A stretch of 64,000 nt of DNA from Phaeosaccion multiseriatum (lineage: Eukaryota; Protista; Ochrophyta, other classes). Below are positions 39,366-50,714 of this stretch, one piece after another. The translations under genes and the position numbers were made by a program. Location: positions 806,001 to 870,000 of the forward strand of contig OZ218963.1 of NCBI GenBank assembly GCA_965112735.1, in the 5' to 3' direction. The number at the start of each line of letters is the position of its first letter. The first letter of the stretch is position 1. The notes below the pieces were generated by a model. The model was not told the origin of the DNA. It searched no databases and saw nothing but the letters and a program-made list of their open reading frames with translations.

Positions 39366-40645
39366 TCAGTGCCACGGACTCGAGTTGGCTTGAGTTAGGA
39401 ACTCGTACAGTCTCTTATCGTCCACGATGCGCTCTTCTTGCCTGGAGAAGAAAGGCGCCAGCTTCATGGCAAGGAGGTGTTTACACTGTATGGGGAGGGG
39501 GGCGGGGAGGGGGGGGTGGGAGGGGGGAGGGGAGATGAGGGGGTACGGCATGGAGCGGAGAAGAGGCATGGCATGGAGAGGAGAAGAGGCATGGCATGGA
39601 GAGGAGAAGGGGTATGGCATGGAGAGGAGAAGGGGTATGGCATGGAGAGGAGAAGGGGTATGGCATGGAGAGGAGAAGGGCTATGGCATGGAGAGGAGAA
39701 GGGGGCATGGCATAAGCGGGAAGGGGAGGAGAGTGTGCGTATAACTGGAAGCTGGGAAAGTGAGTGAAAAGAATAGAGATCAGAGAGAGGGGAGGTGGTT
39801 TGCGAAGGTATATACACTACTCCTCCAACACCACCCACCCACGGTACGCGGACGTCTTTGTGCTTACCATGGCAGCTTCGCTTCCTGCTTTCTTGAAGTT
39901 TTCACAAAAGGCCCTGCAAGAGCAGTAGTCGGGGAAGCAGAGGTAGCGCTGCCTATTAGCCCCCTGTACTCGCCAGCACTCCCGACCGCTTCTCCGGGCT
40001 TGAACGTGTAAGACGGGAGATGCGTCGAGCAGCTGAAGAGGGGTGGGTGGATGGCCGGAGGTGACGTGACGGGTTGAAGGAAGTGAGTTACAATTGCTGG
40101 CCGGCGGTCAGCCAGGAGGAAGTGCGGAAGGGCATTAAGAAGACGGGGAGGGCCAACAAAATAGGGAGCCAAGACTACAAACGGACTAAAGCGACAACAC
40201 CCCCACTATCTACATGTATTGGAAAACTAGGGCGGCGGGCTGCTGCTTCTGCTGCGCTGACCTTCAGGGCGTTATCCAGCATGTCTGCGTCGGATGAGGC
40301 AAAGAGAAATTCGGCAGCCTGTACCAGGCGGCAGTAGAGGCGCTCCTGGTCAGCTGGCGCCACAGGAACCGGATACGGCTGGTGGCGTTGGGATCCTCCT
40401 CCTGCTGAACTCACACCAGCCGCAGCCGCTTCTCCTCCTCCTTCGGCTCCTTCCCCTCCACCCTCATCCCCCCCTTCCCCTCCACCTGATGCTGCTTGCT
40501 GCGGATGCTGGGACAGGCTCTGAGCGAACCGGTGCAGGAAAAAATCAATACGGGGAATGGAGGGGCGGGTCAGAAGCTCCGCGACTCGCTCGAAGTCAGC
40601 CATCCATCGCTCCCAGGGATTTTTATTTTTTTTTTCGATACCCAT
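39366..40645 (-). CDS. ZSWIM7: SWIM zinc-finger protein of the ZSWIM7/SWS1 (Shu complex) family, 3 exons
   Basis: Exons approx. 40645-40262, 40032-39868, 39487-39366: DMLDNALK-LLDASPVLHVQARRSGRECWRVQG...YLCFPDYCSCRAF...AAM-CKHLLAMKLA. SWIM motif CxC...CxH in a short protein with the ZSWIM7 layout. Confidence 0.85.
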
Positions 40646-40738
40646 TGCCAGCTGTGATCCAAATTGAAGACCCAACACGTTATGATCTGCTTCAAATACC
40701 GGTTTTTGGAACGTTCTCTCGTTCTCTCGTTCCCCATC

Positions 40739-43700
40739 ATGGCAGCTTGCCTTGCTTGCCTGGCGTGTGAGACATGCTGCTCCCTGTTTAGCGCTTGCTG
40801 CAGCTGCGCAGGGTGGTGAGTGGCTTGAGCAGAGAAAACAGTTGTGTTTTTTTTCCCTTTTGTTCTCTCTCTCTTGCTGTCGCCTGCAGGGTGGACCCCA
40901 AAGCTGCTGCCGCTACTTCTGCATGCCTCACTCTGCCTCGTCTCCCCCCCCCCCCCTCCCCGCCCCATCGCTCTCCCCCCACTAAGTCTGTGCTCAGGCA
41001 AGGGCTCGCCCACCCCGCGGAACCCCATGGTTGGTAAAATCAGAAGCTTCGGCTTGATCATGACGAGCATCGTCGTGGGCCTCATCTTCCAATACCTCCT
41101 GGCCAATGACTTGTGGAACGAGTTCAGTCAATGGCGCTCTGGTTGTCAACCAGACGGCATCACCGAAACCAATGAGTATACGAAGCTGTGCGCTGGGAAT
41201 GCGGGTGAGTGAGTGAGGGAGTGCGTTGAGGGAGTGAGTGAGTGCATGAGTGAGTGAGTCAGTGAGTGAGCGCCTGATGATGGAGGATGGAAGACTTTGA
41301 GATCACCGGACGGCCTATCCGTCAGAACGGTCGAAAACCGATGAGGAGGCCCACATGTTGAAGAAGAGCCTGCTCGTGTTGCTGGTGCTGCTGAGCAAGT
41401 ACGCAGAATACTGCGCCCCGGGCGCTCACCAGAAGCTCTCTTCCTCCTCCTCCTCCTCCTCCTTCTTCTTCTTCTTCTTCTTCTTCTTCTTCTTCTTCTT
41501 CTTCTTCTTTTCTTTCTCCTCCTCCTCCTCCTCCTCCTCCTACCCCCTCCCTTCCGCCTCCCTGCCTTGTCGACACGGCTCACTCCATAGCCATCTACCG
41601 AGTAGGCTTTGTGGACAGCGTCTTGTTCCTCCTGTTTGTCCCCTTCGCTATTGGACACTCTCTGGGCAACAATCGCTGCTGGGGTCTGCGAATCGGCCTC
41701 TGGATCGGGCTCTTTCTGGCGTGCATATTCATTCCCAATGTCGTGTTCGACACGAGGTGTGTGTGGGCATGGGTGGGGGTCGGGGATGGGAAGGGCGGGG
41801 GGGTCGAGCAGAATGTCGGGATGTGAAAAGCCCACCCCACCACCTTGGGTAAACAGGGCTCACAAAGTCTGTCAAGATGAGTTCAAATTGGCTCACAACG
41901 GGGGTGCACTTCTCAGGGTGGGCCTAAATAGGGGTAGCAAAGGGGCCTCTAATAATCCACAATCAGCCAGCCAAACGCAGATTCGCATCGAACGGCCTTC
42001 GCTCTTGCCACACACTCACTTCCATCGCCCTCCTTCGCTATTGCTCTTTTCTTTTCTCTCCTCATCCCTGTGGGTGGGAGCAGAGGCTTTGTGTGGTTCG
42101 CTCGCTTTGGTGCCATGATCTTTACCATTCTGCAGCAAGGTAAGTCGTCGGATAGACTCCTTCTTTCGTCTCGTCCTTCCATGCTGACACTTACTCCTCC
42201 TCCTTCTCCCTCCTCCCCTGCCTCCTCCGCCTGTTCTTCCTCCTGCCCCCCCCCCGCTCCCCCTCCCCCTCCTCCTTCTTCTCAGTGGTGATCATCGAGA
42301 TCGCATACTCGCTCAACGACGGCGCTGTGGCAGTAGCCGAGGAGCGAGGCGGAGTGGACGGGGGCGGAAAGAGCATCCTGATCGGCCTTCTCCTCGTCAG
42401 CGTCTTCTGCTTCTTGGCGGCGCTCGCGGGCTTGGGAGTCCTCTTCCACTTCTTCACGGGGTGAGTATAGGGGATGGGGGATGGGTACGTGGGTATCGAG
42501 GAACGGGTATAGAGTAGGGTATAGGGTATGGGGAATGGGGTATCGAGTAAAGGGTATAGAGTAGAGTATAGAGTATGGGGAATGGGTACGTGGGTATCGA
42601 GGAACGGGTATAGAGTAGGGTATAGGGTATAGGGTATGGGGAATGGGTACGTGGGTATCGAGGAACGGGTATAGAGTAGGGTATAGGGTATGGGGGATGG
42701 GTACGTGGGTATCGAGGAACGGGTATAGAGTAGGGTATAGGGTATGGGGAATGGGGTATCGAGTAAAGGGTATAGAGTAGAGTATAGAGTATGGGGAATG
42801 GGTACGTGGGTATCGAGGAACGGGTATAGAGTAGGGTATAGGGTATGGGGAATGGGGTATCGAGTAAAGGGTATAGGGTAGAGTATAGGGTGTGGTGTAG
42901 GCTCGAGGGTATGTGTATGCGTGTGGTGCCAATTGCGCGTTCGGCTCGTGTACAATGGACTTGAGGACTGATACCGTTAGGGGAAAGGGGGGGTGCGGAA
43001 GGCCTTATATATACCCAAGGGTGAAGGGAAAGGAACCGGCACTGCACTTTCATCACTCACCTCCTCCTCTGTATCCTACTTGCTGGCCTGTTTCCTTGTT
43101 GCGTCTACTCGCGCCCTTCCCCGCCCCCCACCCCCCCTCTTAGGTGCGTGGGCAATGACATAGTCTTGTCCCTCACTCTCATCCTCTGTGTTATCGTCAC
43201 GGCAGCCCAGCTCATGGTGCGTGCGAGAGAGAGAGAGAGAGAGGGAGAGAGAATGAGGGTTTGCTGCTTGCGCTTCGTTTGATAGAGTTGTGGGCTTAAA
43301 GGAGATACATTGATGCTTTCGCCTTCGCTTCCGAGAGTTGTGCTCATCAGAGAGAGAGAGAGAGAGAGAAAGAGATTGTTGCCTTCGCTTCACTGATGAT
43401 TGATAGTTGTGGACGTAGGACAGAGTGACAAGGATGCATACGATTCGATTCGCTTACGAGAGGTCCAGAGCTGACTCCAAGTGGATGCCGTAGGCACGAC
43501 AGACAGCTCTATCGGGGAAGTTGGGGGGAGGGGGGGCTTTGACTCGCTTGCTTTGACTCATAATATATATATATATTATTATATTGCTTGCTTTGGCTGG
43601 CTTGCTCCTCTACTGAACTCTCCACAAGAGCGCTCATCGAGTCCACCGCTCAGCTCACAGCTCATCCGTGCCCTCCTTCCTTCCCTCCTTCTCTCCTCCC

Positions 43701-46164
43701 TCCCTCCCTCCCTCCCTCCTTCCTTCCTTCCCTCCCTCCCTCCACTTTCTCTTGCTTGGCTCTCTGGGGCGCGTACTTCCCCATGTATGAACCGTGTACT
43801 AACCGTGAAGGGCTCTGAGGGAAACCTCTTCACCTCCGCCGTCATCACTGGCTACAGCGTATACCTCTCTTACACAGCCGTCTCCAAGTAAGCACCTTCA
43901 GCGATGGGCATTTCGTATATTTGCAAGGAGGAATGGAAGCTGTGTATATGTGTGTATATCTCGTATGTATGAACGTTTGTTTCTTGTAGAAATTGCCGGC
44001 CGTCTACTCTCCCACCGTCCCTAACTACCTCCCCATCGGCCTGTCTGTCTCTCTCCCACGCTCCCTCCCTCTGTCCGCCTCCGTGTTGGTCTCTCCCTCT
44101 TCTCACCCTGGTCCTACCCCGTTTGGCGACTGTGAATGTGCACTCCTCTGACAAAAGGAATCCCGATCGAGAGTGCAATCCGCAGCTGGGGGAGACAAAC
44201 GAAGGAACCATCATCATCGGCATCCTGCTCACCATGCTTTCTTTGGTAAGTGCCTGCATTGGTGCCTCACACGGTCGAGCACGAACTGCCTCTCTCCTCT
44301 CCTCCCCTACCCTCTCCTATCCTACCCTACCCTACCCTCCTCTCTCCTCTCCTCCCCTACCCTCTCCTATCCTACCCTACCCTACCCTCCTCTCTCCTCT
44401 CCTCCCCTACCCTCTCCTATCCTACCCTACCCTAGCCTCCTCTCCCCTCCCCTCCCCTACCCTCTCCTATCCTACCCTACCCTACCCTCCTCTCTCCTCT
44501 CCTCCCCTACCCTCTCCTATCCTACCCTACCCTACCCTCCTCTCTCCTCTCCTCCCCTACCCTCTCCTATCCTACCCTACCCTACCCTCCTCTCTCCTCT
44601 CCTCCCCTACCCTCTCCTATCCTACCCTACCCTACCCTCCTCTCCCCTCCTCCCCCCTACCCTACCCTACCCTACCCTACCCTCCCCTACCCTACCCTCC
44701 CCTCCCCTCTCCTATCCTACCCTCCCCTACCCTCCTCTCCCCTCCCCTCCCCTACCCTACCCTACCCTACCCTACCCTACCCTCCTCTCCCCTCCTCTCC
44801 CCTACCCTACCCTACCCTACCCTCCCCTCCCCTACCCTACCCTCCCCTCCCTCCCCTCCCCTCCCCTCCCCTCCTCTCCCATCTCTCCACTGTATTCTCT
44901 TCACCCTCCTCCTCACGAGTACCCTGCCTTGCCCCGTCCCCGCCGTTCCACACAGAGCTGGGTGTGCTTCAGCTCTGGCACGGCGGTCACCAATCTCTTT
45001 GGCTCGCGAGAAGCTAACCTCCAGCAGGAGGCTGCAAACAGTCAAATCGGATCGCCATCGTCCGCCAGCAAGAAGCAGGTGATCCTCCGAGACGAAGAGA
45101 GAGGGGTGGACCCCGCAGGGGGCAGATTCGATGCTGCTGCTGCTGCTGCTGCCCCTTCTGCCGCGGGAGGGGGGGATGAGGAGCCCGAGGAGCTGGATGA
45201 TGGAGGCGATGCGTGGAAGTTCAACATGGTAATGGTGCTGCTGTCCATGTACTTTACCATGCAGCTCACCAACTGGGGAGACATTCAGACCACTGAAGGC
45301 TTCTCGTCGGACCCCAAGACCGGCCGCACGGGAATGTGGATGACCATGGCGGGTCAATGGTGAGTGAGTGAGTGAGGGAGGGAGGGGGGGAGTGGGAGGG
45401 AGGGAGGGAGGGAGGGAGTGGGAGGGAGGAAGGGAGGGAGGGAGGGAGTGGGAGGGAGGGAGGGAGGGAGGGAGGGAGGGAGGGAGGGAGGGAGGGAGGG
45501 GGGGGAGGAGTGGGTGAGAGGGGGAGGGAGGGACGGAGTGGGAAGGAGGGAGTGGGTAAGGGAGGGAGGGAGGTTGGGGGAAGGGGCGGGAACGGAGGTA
45601 GTGCTGAGTGAGGGCGTGAGCGAGGAAGGAGTGAGGGAGGGAGGGGGGGGGAGGGGAGGGAGGGAGGGAGGCAGGGAGTGGGTGAGGGAGTGAGTGAGGG
45701 AGTGAGTGAGGGAGTGGATGAGGAGGACGGACGGACGGACGGACGGAGGGAGGGAGGGAGGGCGTGAGTGAGGGAGTGGATGAGGAGGACGGACGGACGG
45801 ACGGAGGGAGGGAGGGAGGGAGGGAGGGAGGGAGGGAGGGACGGAGGGAGGGAGGGAGGGACGGAGAGAGCGCTTGAATGTGGGAGGCGGTGCCTTGCTC
45901 ATGGCGCATAACCCCCGTCCAGTTTGTGGAGGCGATTGGCCTGGCTGCTGGTCCCCACCGCTTGAGGGAAGGGCCTCACTCATCATTGCGCTTTGTTTAT
46001 CGACCGTGGCCTCTCCGTGCCCACCCTCTGTTGCCCCTGTATTATATGTGTTTCCGTGCCATGCCACCAACCCTTACGTAACTCCTTTCCCTAGGACCGC
46101 TCTACTGCTGTATCTGTGGTCGCTGATCGCTCCGAAGCTCTTCCCCGACCGAGAGTTCAGCTAA
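40739..46164 (+). CDS. SERINC: Serine incorporator (Serinc/TDE/TMS1) family multi-pass membrane protein
   Basis: Cys-rich N-terminus MAACLACLACETCCSLFSACCSC; CAGNA-AIYRVGF; FVWFARFGAMIFTILQQ-VVIIEIAYSLN; EGNLFTSAVITGYSVYLSYTAVS; NPDRECNP; WKFNMVMVLLSMYFTMQLTNWG; MWMTMAGQW-TALLLYLWSLIAPKLFPDREFS*. Confidence 0.93.
42462..42900. repeat. Higher-order G-rich minisatellite (TATAGGG/GGGTATCGAG units) in a Serinc intron
   Basis: Units of about 45-50 nt such as ggggaatgggtacgtgggtatcgaggaacgggtatagagtagggtatagggtat alternate with a variant unit. Confidence 0.9.
44290..44885. repeat. (CCCTA/CCCCT)-based minisatellite in a Serinc intron
   Basis: A ~50-nt unit ctctctcctctcctcccctaccctctcctatcctaccctaccctaccctc repeated several times. 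Confidence 0.9.
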
Positions 46165-46713
46165 GCGGAAGGCTGAATGAAAAGGAAGAGGACTCACGGC
46201 AAGCAAAGCAAAGCAAAGCAAACGAAAGGATCACAGGGAGGCTGGGGATGATGTTGTACGGTACGAGGACATGAAGGACAGATGTGAGCCCCGGTGGGGG
46301 AGGGCGGGGGGTACACGCGTTGGTCATAACTCTGGGCGATGGCGGTGGTCGTCAGGGCATAATAGAGCCCATGGAGCCCCTCCGACCTTCCTCACTCTAT
46401 GGTATACTGAGGCAGTCAATCGTGTGTGGGATGAGGTATCAACACCGGGATATCGGTGCATGGTAGATGAAATCCCGTGGTAGGACTGCGACTGATCAAC
46501 CTCAATTGTGGAGTGGAGTGGGCACACTGATGAGGGCCATGTACTCGGGGGAGGTTGTGTCACCCATCAACAACACCACCTTCCAGTAGCCAGTTTCATG
46601 TGCACAACCACAAGCCATCTACGAAACTTGAAACTGCCGTCCATGACCATGACAAGCCAGGAATCGACAGCAAGTCGCTGTAGTGACACGCGTCTTCTCA
46701 GGAGCCCTCGCTC

Positions 46714-47062
46714 CATACTCCACACACAACACACTTGTAGGCTTTGACATACTCCACACACTTGTAGGCATACTCCACACACAACACACTTGTAGGCATA
46801 CTCCACACACAACATACTTGTAGGCATACTCCACACACAACACACTTGTAGGCTTTGAAAAGCTCTCCATACTCCACACACAACACACTTGTAGGCATAC
46901 TCCACACTTGTAGGCATACTCCACACACAACACATTTGTAGGCATACTCCACACACAACACACTTGTAAGCATACTCCACACACAACACATTTGTAGGCA
47001 TACTCCACACACAACACACTTGTAGCATACACACAACACACTTGTAGGCTTTGAAAAGCTCT
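46714..47062. repeat. 28-nt minisatellite (catactccacacacaacacacttgtagg), about 11-12 copies, upstream of the histidine kinase
   Basis: Head-to-tail units with occasional ctttgaaaagctctc interruptions; no unique spacers. Confidence 0.9.
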
Positions 47063-47194
47063 CTTTTTGGGAAGAGGTGCACAGTGCCATTTAGAGGACC
47101 CCACCGCCGTCGGATAAAACCCGCACAGTCAGCACCAAATCTCGTTACAGAAAGTTTAGTAAAAAGGGGACTAAAGAGGGGGCTGAGGATAACG

Positions 47195-47338
47195 ATGAAC
47201 TATATGCGTGGTGGCCGAAGCTTCAGTAATAGCAGCAGTGGCACTGTGCTGCCCCTCCACCATGATGACGGGATGGGGACCACCACCTACCCCGCCCCCC
47301 ATAGGCCGGTTGGAGCGGCAGCAGCGGCAGCAGCGGCG

Positions 47339-47374
<36 letters not shown>

Positions 47375-50300
47375 ACAGCAGCAGCAGCAGCGATCAAACC
47401 CGCACGAGGCACTACTACCCAGCCGCCGTGCCCCATTCGTGACGCTTCAGTCCGTAGTAGTAGCAACTGTGCTTCGTCAAACTTCAAGCTCCCACCTCTG
47501 TCCGAAACGACAGGAAAATATGACGAGGAAACAACGCAGAGAGATCAAGCTTCAAAGAACGTTGCTTCGGAAGGGAGTCTTACTGAGAAAGTATCGCCAG
47601 AACACAAACAACGAGGTTACCGGTTCAAGTTTGCCACCAGCACTACCAATACGAAGTACGAGGAGTGCTCGGGGGATGAGTGCAAAAGAGAGAGAGCTGC
47701 TGCTGCTGAGGCCGACGATGGGGTCAAGGTGGTGAAGAGAGTCACAGCACGGAAGAATGTAGATATGAAGGGAGGAGGAGGAGGAGGAGGAGGAGGAGGA
47801 GGAGGAGGAGGAGGAGGAGGAGGAGGAGGAGGGGGGGGGGGGGGGGGGGAGAAGAGAGGAGCAAGGACCACAAGACATTCCGGCAGCGGTATCAGCTGCT
47901 CGTCATTTCGGAGGATGCATGGAGACGCCTGCGCATCGTCCTCCTGCTGTGTTTGGGGATATTGGCCGCCCACTTCCTCGCCCTGGAGTATGCCAAATCC
48001 CTGGAGAGAGAGGAGATGACCGCCTTCAGAGCCGACGTCGCGTACCTTCAGACCACAGTGTTCAATCGATTCAAATCTTCAGACGCTGAGAACGAAATCA
48101 TCCGCGCGGCCTTGCAGATGTGGGGGGGTGGCGGAAACCTCACTCTGGCCCAGTTTTCCGACTTGACCGCCCCAGCCTCGTCGGAAGGAAAGTCGATCAA
48201 CTATGTCGCGAGAGTATCTCACGAGGCTCGATCTGATTTCGAAGCGGCGGCATCAGCCTTGTATGGCCATGACATTTACATCAAGGAGGGGTCGCCAGAA
48301 GGACTTGTGGCCCGGGCAAATATCACAGAGGACAATACCACGGAGGCCGAGTACTACTTCCCAGTGTTTTATTCTCATCCTCGCAACGACCCAGTAGTGG
48401 GCTTCGACCTCTACTCCGAGAGCATCAGAAGGGCAACAATCGGACGGGTGCTCACCACAGGCCATATTTCCTACTCGAAACCCGTTACTGCGGCAGACAC
48501 TGGAGAGCCGGCCTTTCTTAAGATCCTGCCCGTCACAGGAGGTCCATCGACGGCAGCAGATGGCTCATCGAGCGACGAGATTACTGGAATCATTGTCGTG
48601 TTTATTAGGGTAAACCCCGCTCTGGAGCAGGCCTCGTTGGATAACTTTGAGAGGTCGTATCCGGGTACGCAATTGGATATTGGCCTTCGCGAGAACGGTC
48701 TTCAGTCAAAGACGAGCCTGCGTGGGGTGCCATTTACGGTTGGCTCGGGGACATCGTCGTCCAACACGATGATCCGCTTCGAGGAAACTTCCGACCCCGA
48801 AACGTCTTTCTATGTGGAAACGGCCAGTGTCCCGCATCACGTGGAGGAGCGAGGCCTTCGGGCGGAGTACTACGTTGTGTTGTCGGGGGGATGTGTACTA
48901 CTCGCGATAATCTGCTTTTGGGCCCGTCGCAATTTCTTGCTCCAGGCCGCCAGGCACGATGTCGCGGCGGCAAGAGAGGCTTCCTCTGCCAAGTCACGCT
49001 TCCTCCGCTCCATTACGCACGAGATACGCACGCCCATGAACGGCATTGTGGGAATGGCCCAACTGCTCGAAAGCGTCGAGCTTCCCGACGCGGTGCTGCC
49101 CTACATCAACGTGATACACTCGTGCTCTTCCACCTTGCTCAGCTTGGTGAACAACATTCTCGACATGAGCAAGATCGAGGCGGGCAAGATCGAGATTGGC
49201 AAGAGGACGTTTCGTCTCGACACGCTCGCGGTGGAGATGGTGGAGAGTGCTTGGACCGTTCTCCATACAACGGGCGCCTCGTCGCTCTCCAACATGAGCC
49301 TCACCATCGAGCCCAGAGTACCGCAGGTATACGTAGTTGGCGACGACGTGCGGATTCGACAACTGTTCAACAACTTAATCAGCAACGCCACAAAGTTCAC
49401 AATGCACGGCTCCATCGACGTGTCTCTTGACGTCACCCAAACGTGCGACAGTGAGGAGTCAGAGGAGGAGGTGATGATTCTTCTCACTGTACGCGACACG
49501 GGCATCGGGATGGCACCCGACGCGGTCGAGCGCCTGTTCAAACCCTTTGTCCAGGTGCACGACAGCACAACTACCAAAAACGTGCAGGGCACTGGCCTGG
49601 GGCTGGCCATCTCCGCCGCCCTTGCTCAGGCCATGGGGGGAGACGTGACCTGCTCGTCAGAGTTGGGCAAGGGGTCAGAGTTTCGCTGCACCTTCAACGT
49701 GGAAGGCAAGCTTCGCAAGACTAGTGGCACGTCGGTGGCCCATCGGCGAGTGTACACGAGAGATGACGGGGTGCGAATGGAAGGAGAACCACTCCTCCCC
49801 GCCAGCGCAGCAGAGGACATGATCGAAGGGGCCGGAGCGGTCATGTCTTCGGAAGAAGAAGGAGGAGAGGGCGGTAGTCGCAGGTTAAGCATAACCGTCG
49901 AAAGTGAGGAATCTCCTCGTCCTCCTAGCGTGCTCGTGGTGGACGATAACAGGACTAATCGCATGGTTCTGAGCAAGCTGCTGGGCTCGCTGGATCTGCC
50001 CGTGGAGTGTGCGGATACCGGCCTTCAAGCGGTGGAGACATGTGGCCAGCAGCGCTTCTCCATGATCCTGCTGGACAAGGTCATGCCGGTGATGGACGGC
50101 ATCGACGCCGCTCGAGAGCTGAGAGCTGGCGACGGCCCTTGCAAAGACACGCCCATCATCTTCCTCACTGCGGATTGCTCGGCGGAGGCAGTACGGGAGT
50201 GTAGGGAGGCGGGCGGGAACGAATTCGCCACCAAGCCTGTGCGGCGAGAGACAATTGTCGAGAAGATGGCGCACCTTTTGCCCGCGCCAGAGCGCAGATG

Positions 50301-50610
50301 GGTGCTTGAAAAGGAGGAAGAGGTTAGCGAGTCGAGGAAGCACGCCACACACCTGCAACGCCCGGCGCAAAGAAGGAAGAGGCCGAGCAGCGAGGAGATG
50401 GCAGCAGACGAGAAGAAGAGGACGGAGGAGATGGCAGCAGACGAGAAGAAGAGGACGGAGGAGATGGCAACAGACGAGAAGAAGAGGACGGAGGAGATGG
50501 CAACAGACGAGAAGAAGAGGACGGAGGAGATGGCAGCAGACGAGAAGAAGAGGACGGAGGAGACGGCAGCAGAAGAGAAGAAGAGGACGGAGGAGGGGCT
50601 GCCCGTCTGA
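47195..50610 (+). CDS. Intronless CHASE-domain hybrid sensor histidine kinase (TM-CHASE-TM-HisKA-HATPase_c-REC); apparent frameshift in a G19 run at 47831-47849
   Basis: TM LRIVLLLCLGILAAHFLAL; CHASE-like YYFPVFYSHP.NDPVVGFDLYSE.IRR; second TM YVVLSGGCVLLAIICFW; H-box AKSRFLRSITHEIRTPMNGIVG; N-box RIRQLFNNLISNATKFT; G1 VRDTGIGM; G2 GTGLGLAI; REC VLVVDDN...ILLDKVMPVMDG...FLTA...KP. The N-terminal low-complexity part is in a different frame (ORF 47051-48019). Confidence 0.92.
50392..50595 (+). repeat. 33-nt coding repeat (EEMAADEKKRT) x6 at the kinase C-terminus
   Basis: gaggagatggcagcagacgagaagaagaggacg repeated with few substitutions. Confidence 0.95.
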
Positions 50611-50714
50611 GGAGGAGAGGAGGAGTCGTCGACGACAGAACAGTATCGTGCAGGGGTGGTGAGATCGATGAATCGTAAATAATAAAACTTTCACAGACCA
50701 GCTGCAAACAAAGG

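Noticed and set aside
41341-41440. Signal-peptide-like ORF (MLKKSLLVLLVLL...) inside a Serinc intron
   Set aside because: It begins at a non-ATG codon, runs into a microsatellite, and the flanking Serinc exons join in frame without it.
42462-42900. Telomere-like TATAGGG/TAGGG repeats (also 7925-8010, 44290-44885, 58890-59100)
   Set aside because: Degenerate, intronic, and not TTAGGG/TTTAGGG arrays; treated as minisatellites.
46714-47062. Possible CRISPR array
   Set aside because: Units are head-to-tail with no unique spacers, there are no cas genes, and the context is eukaryotic.
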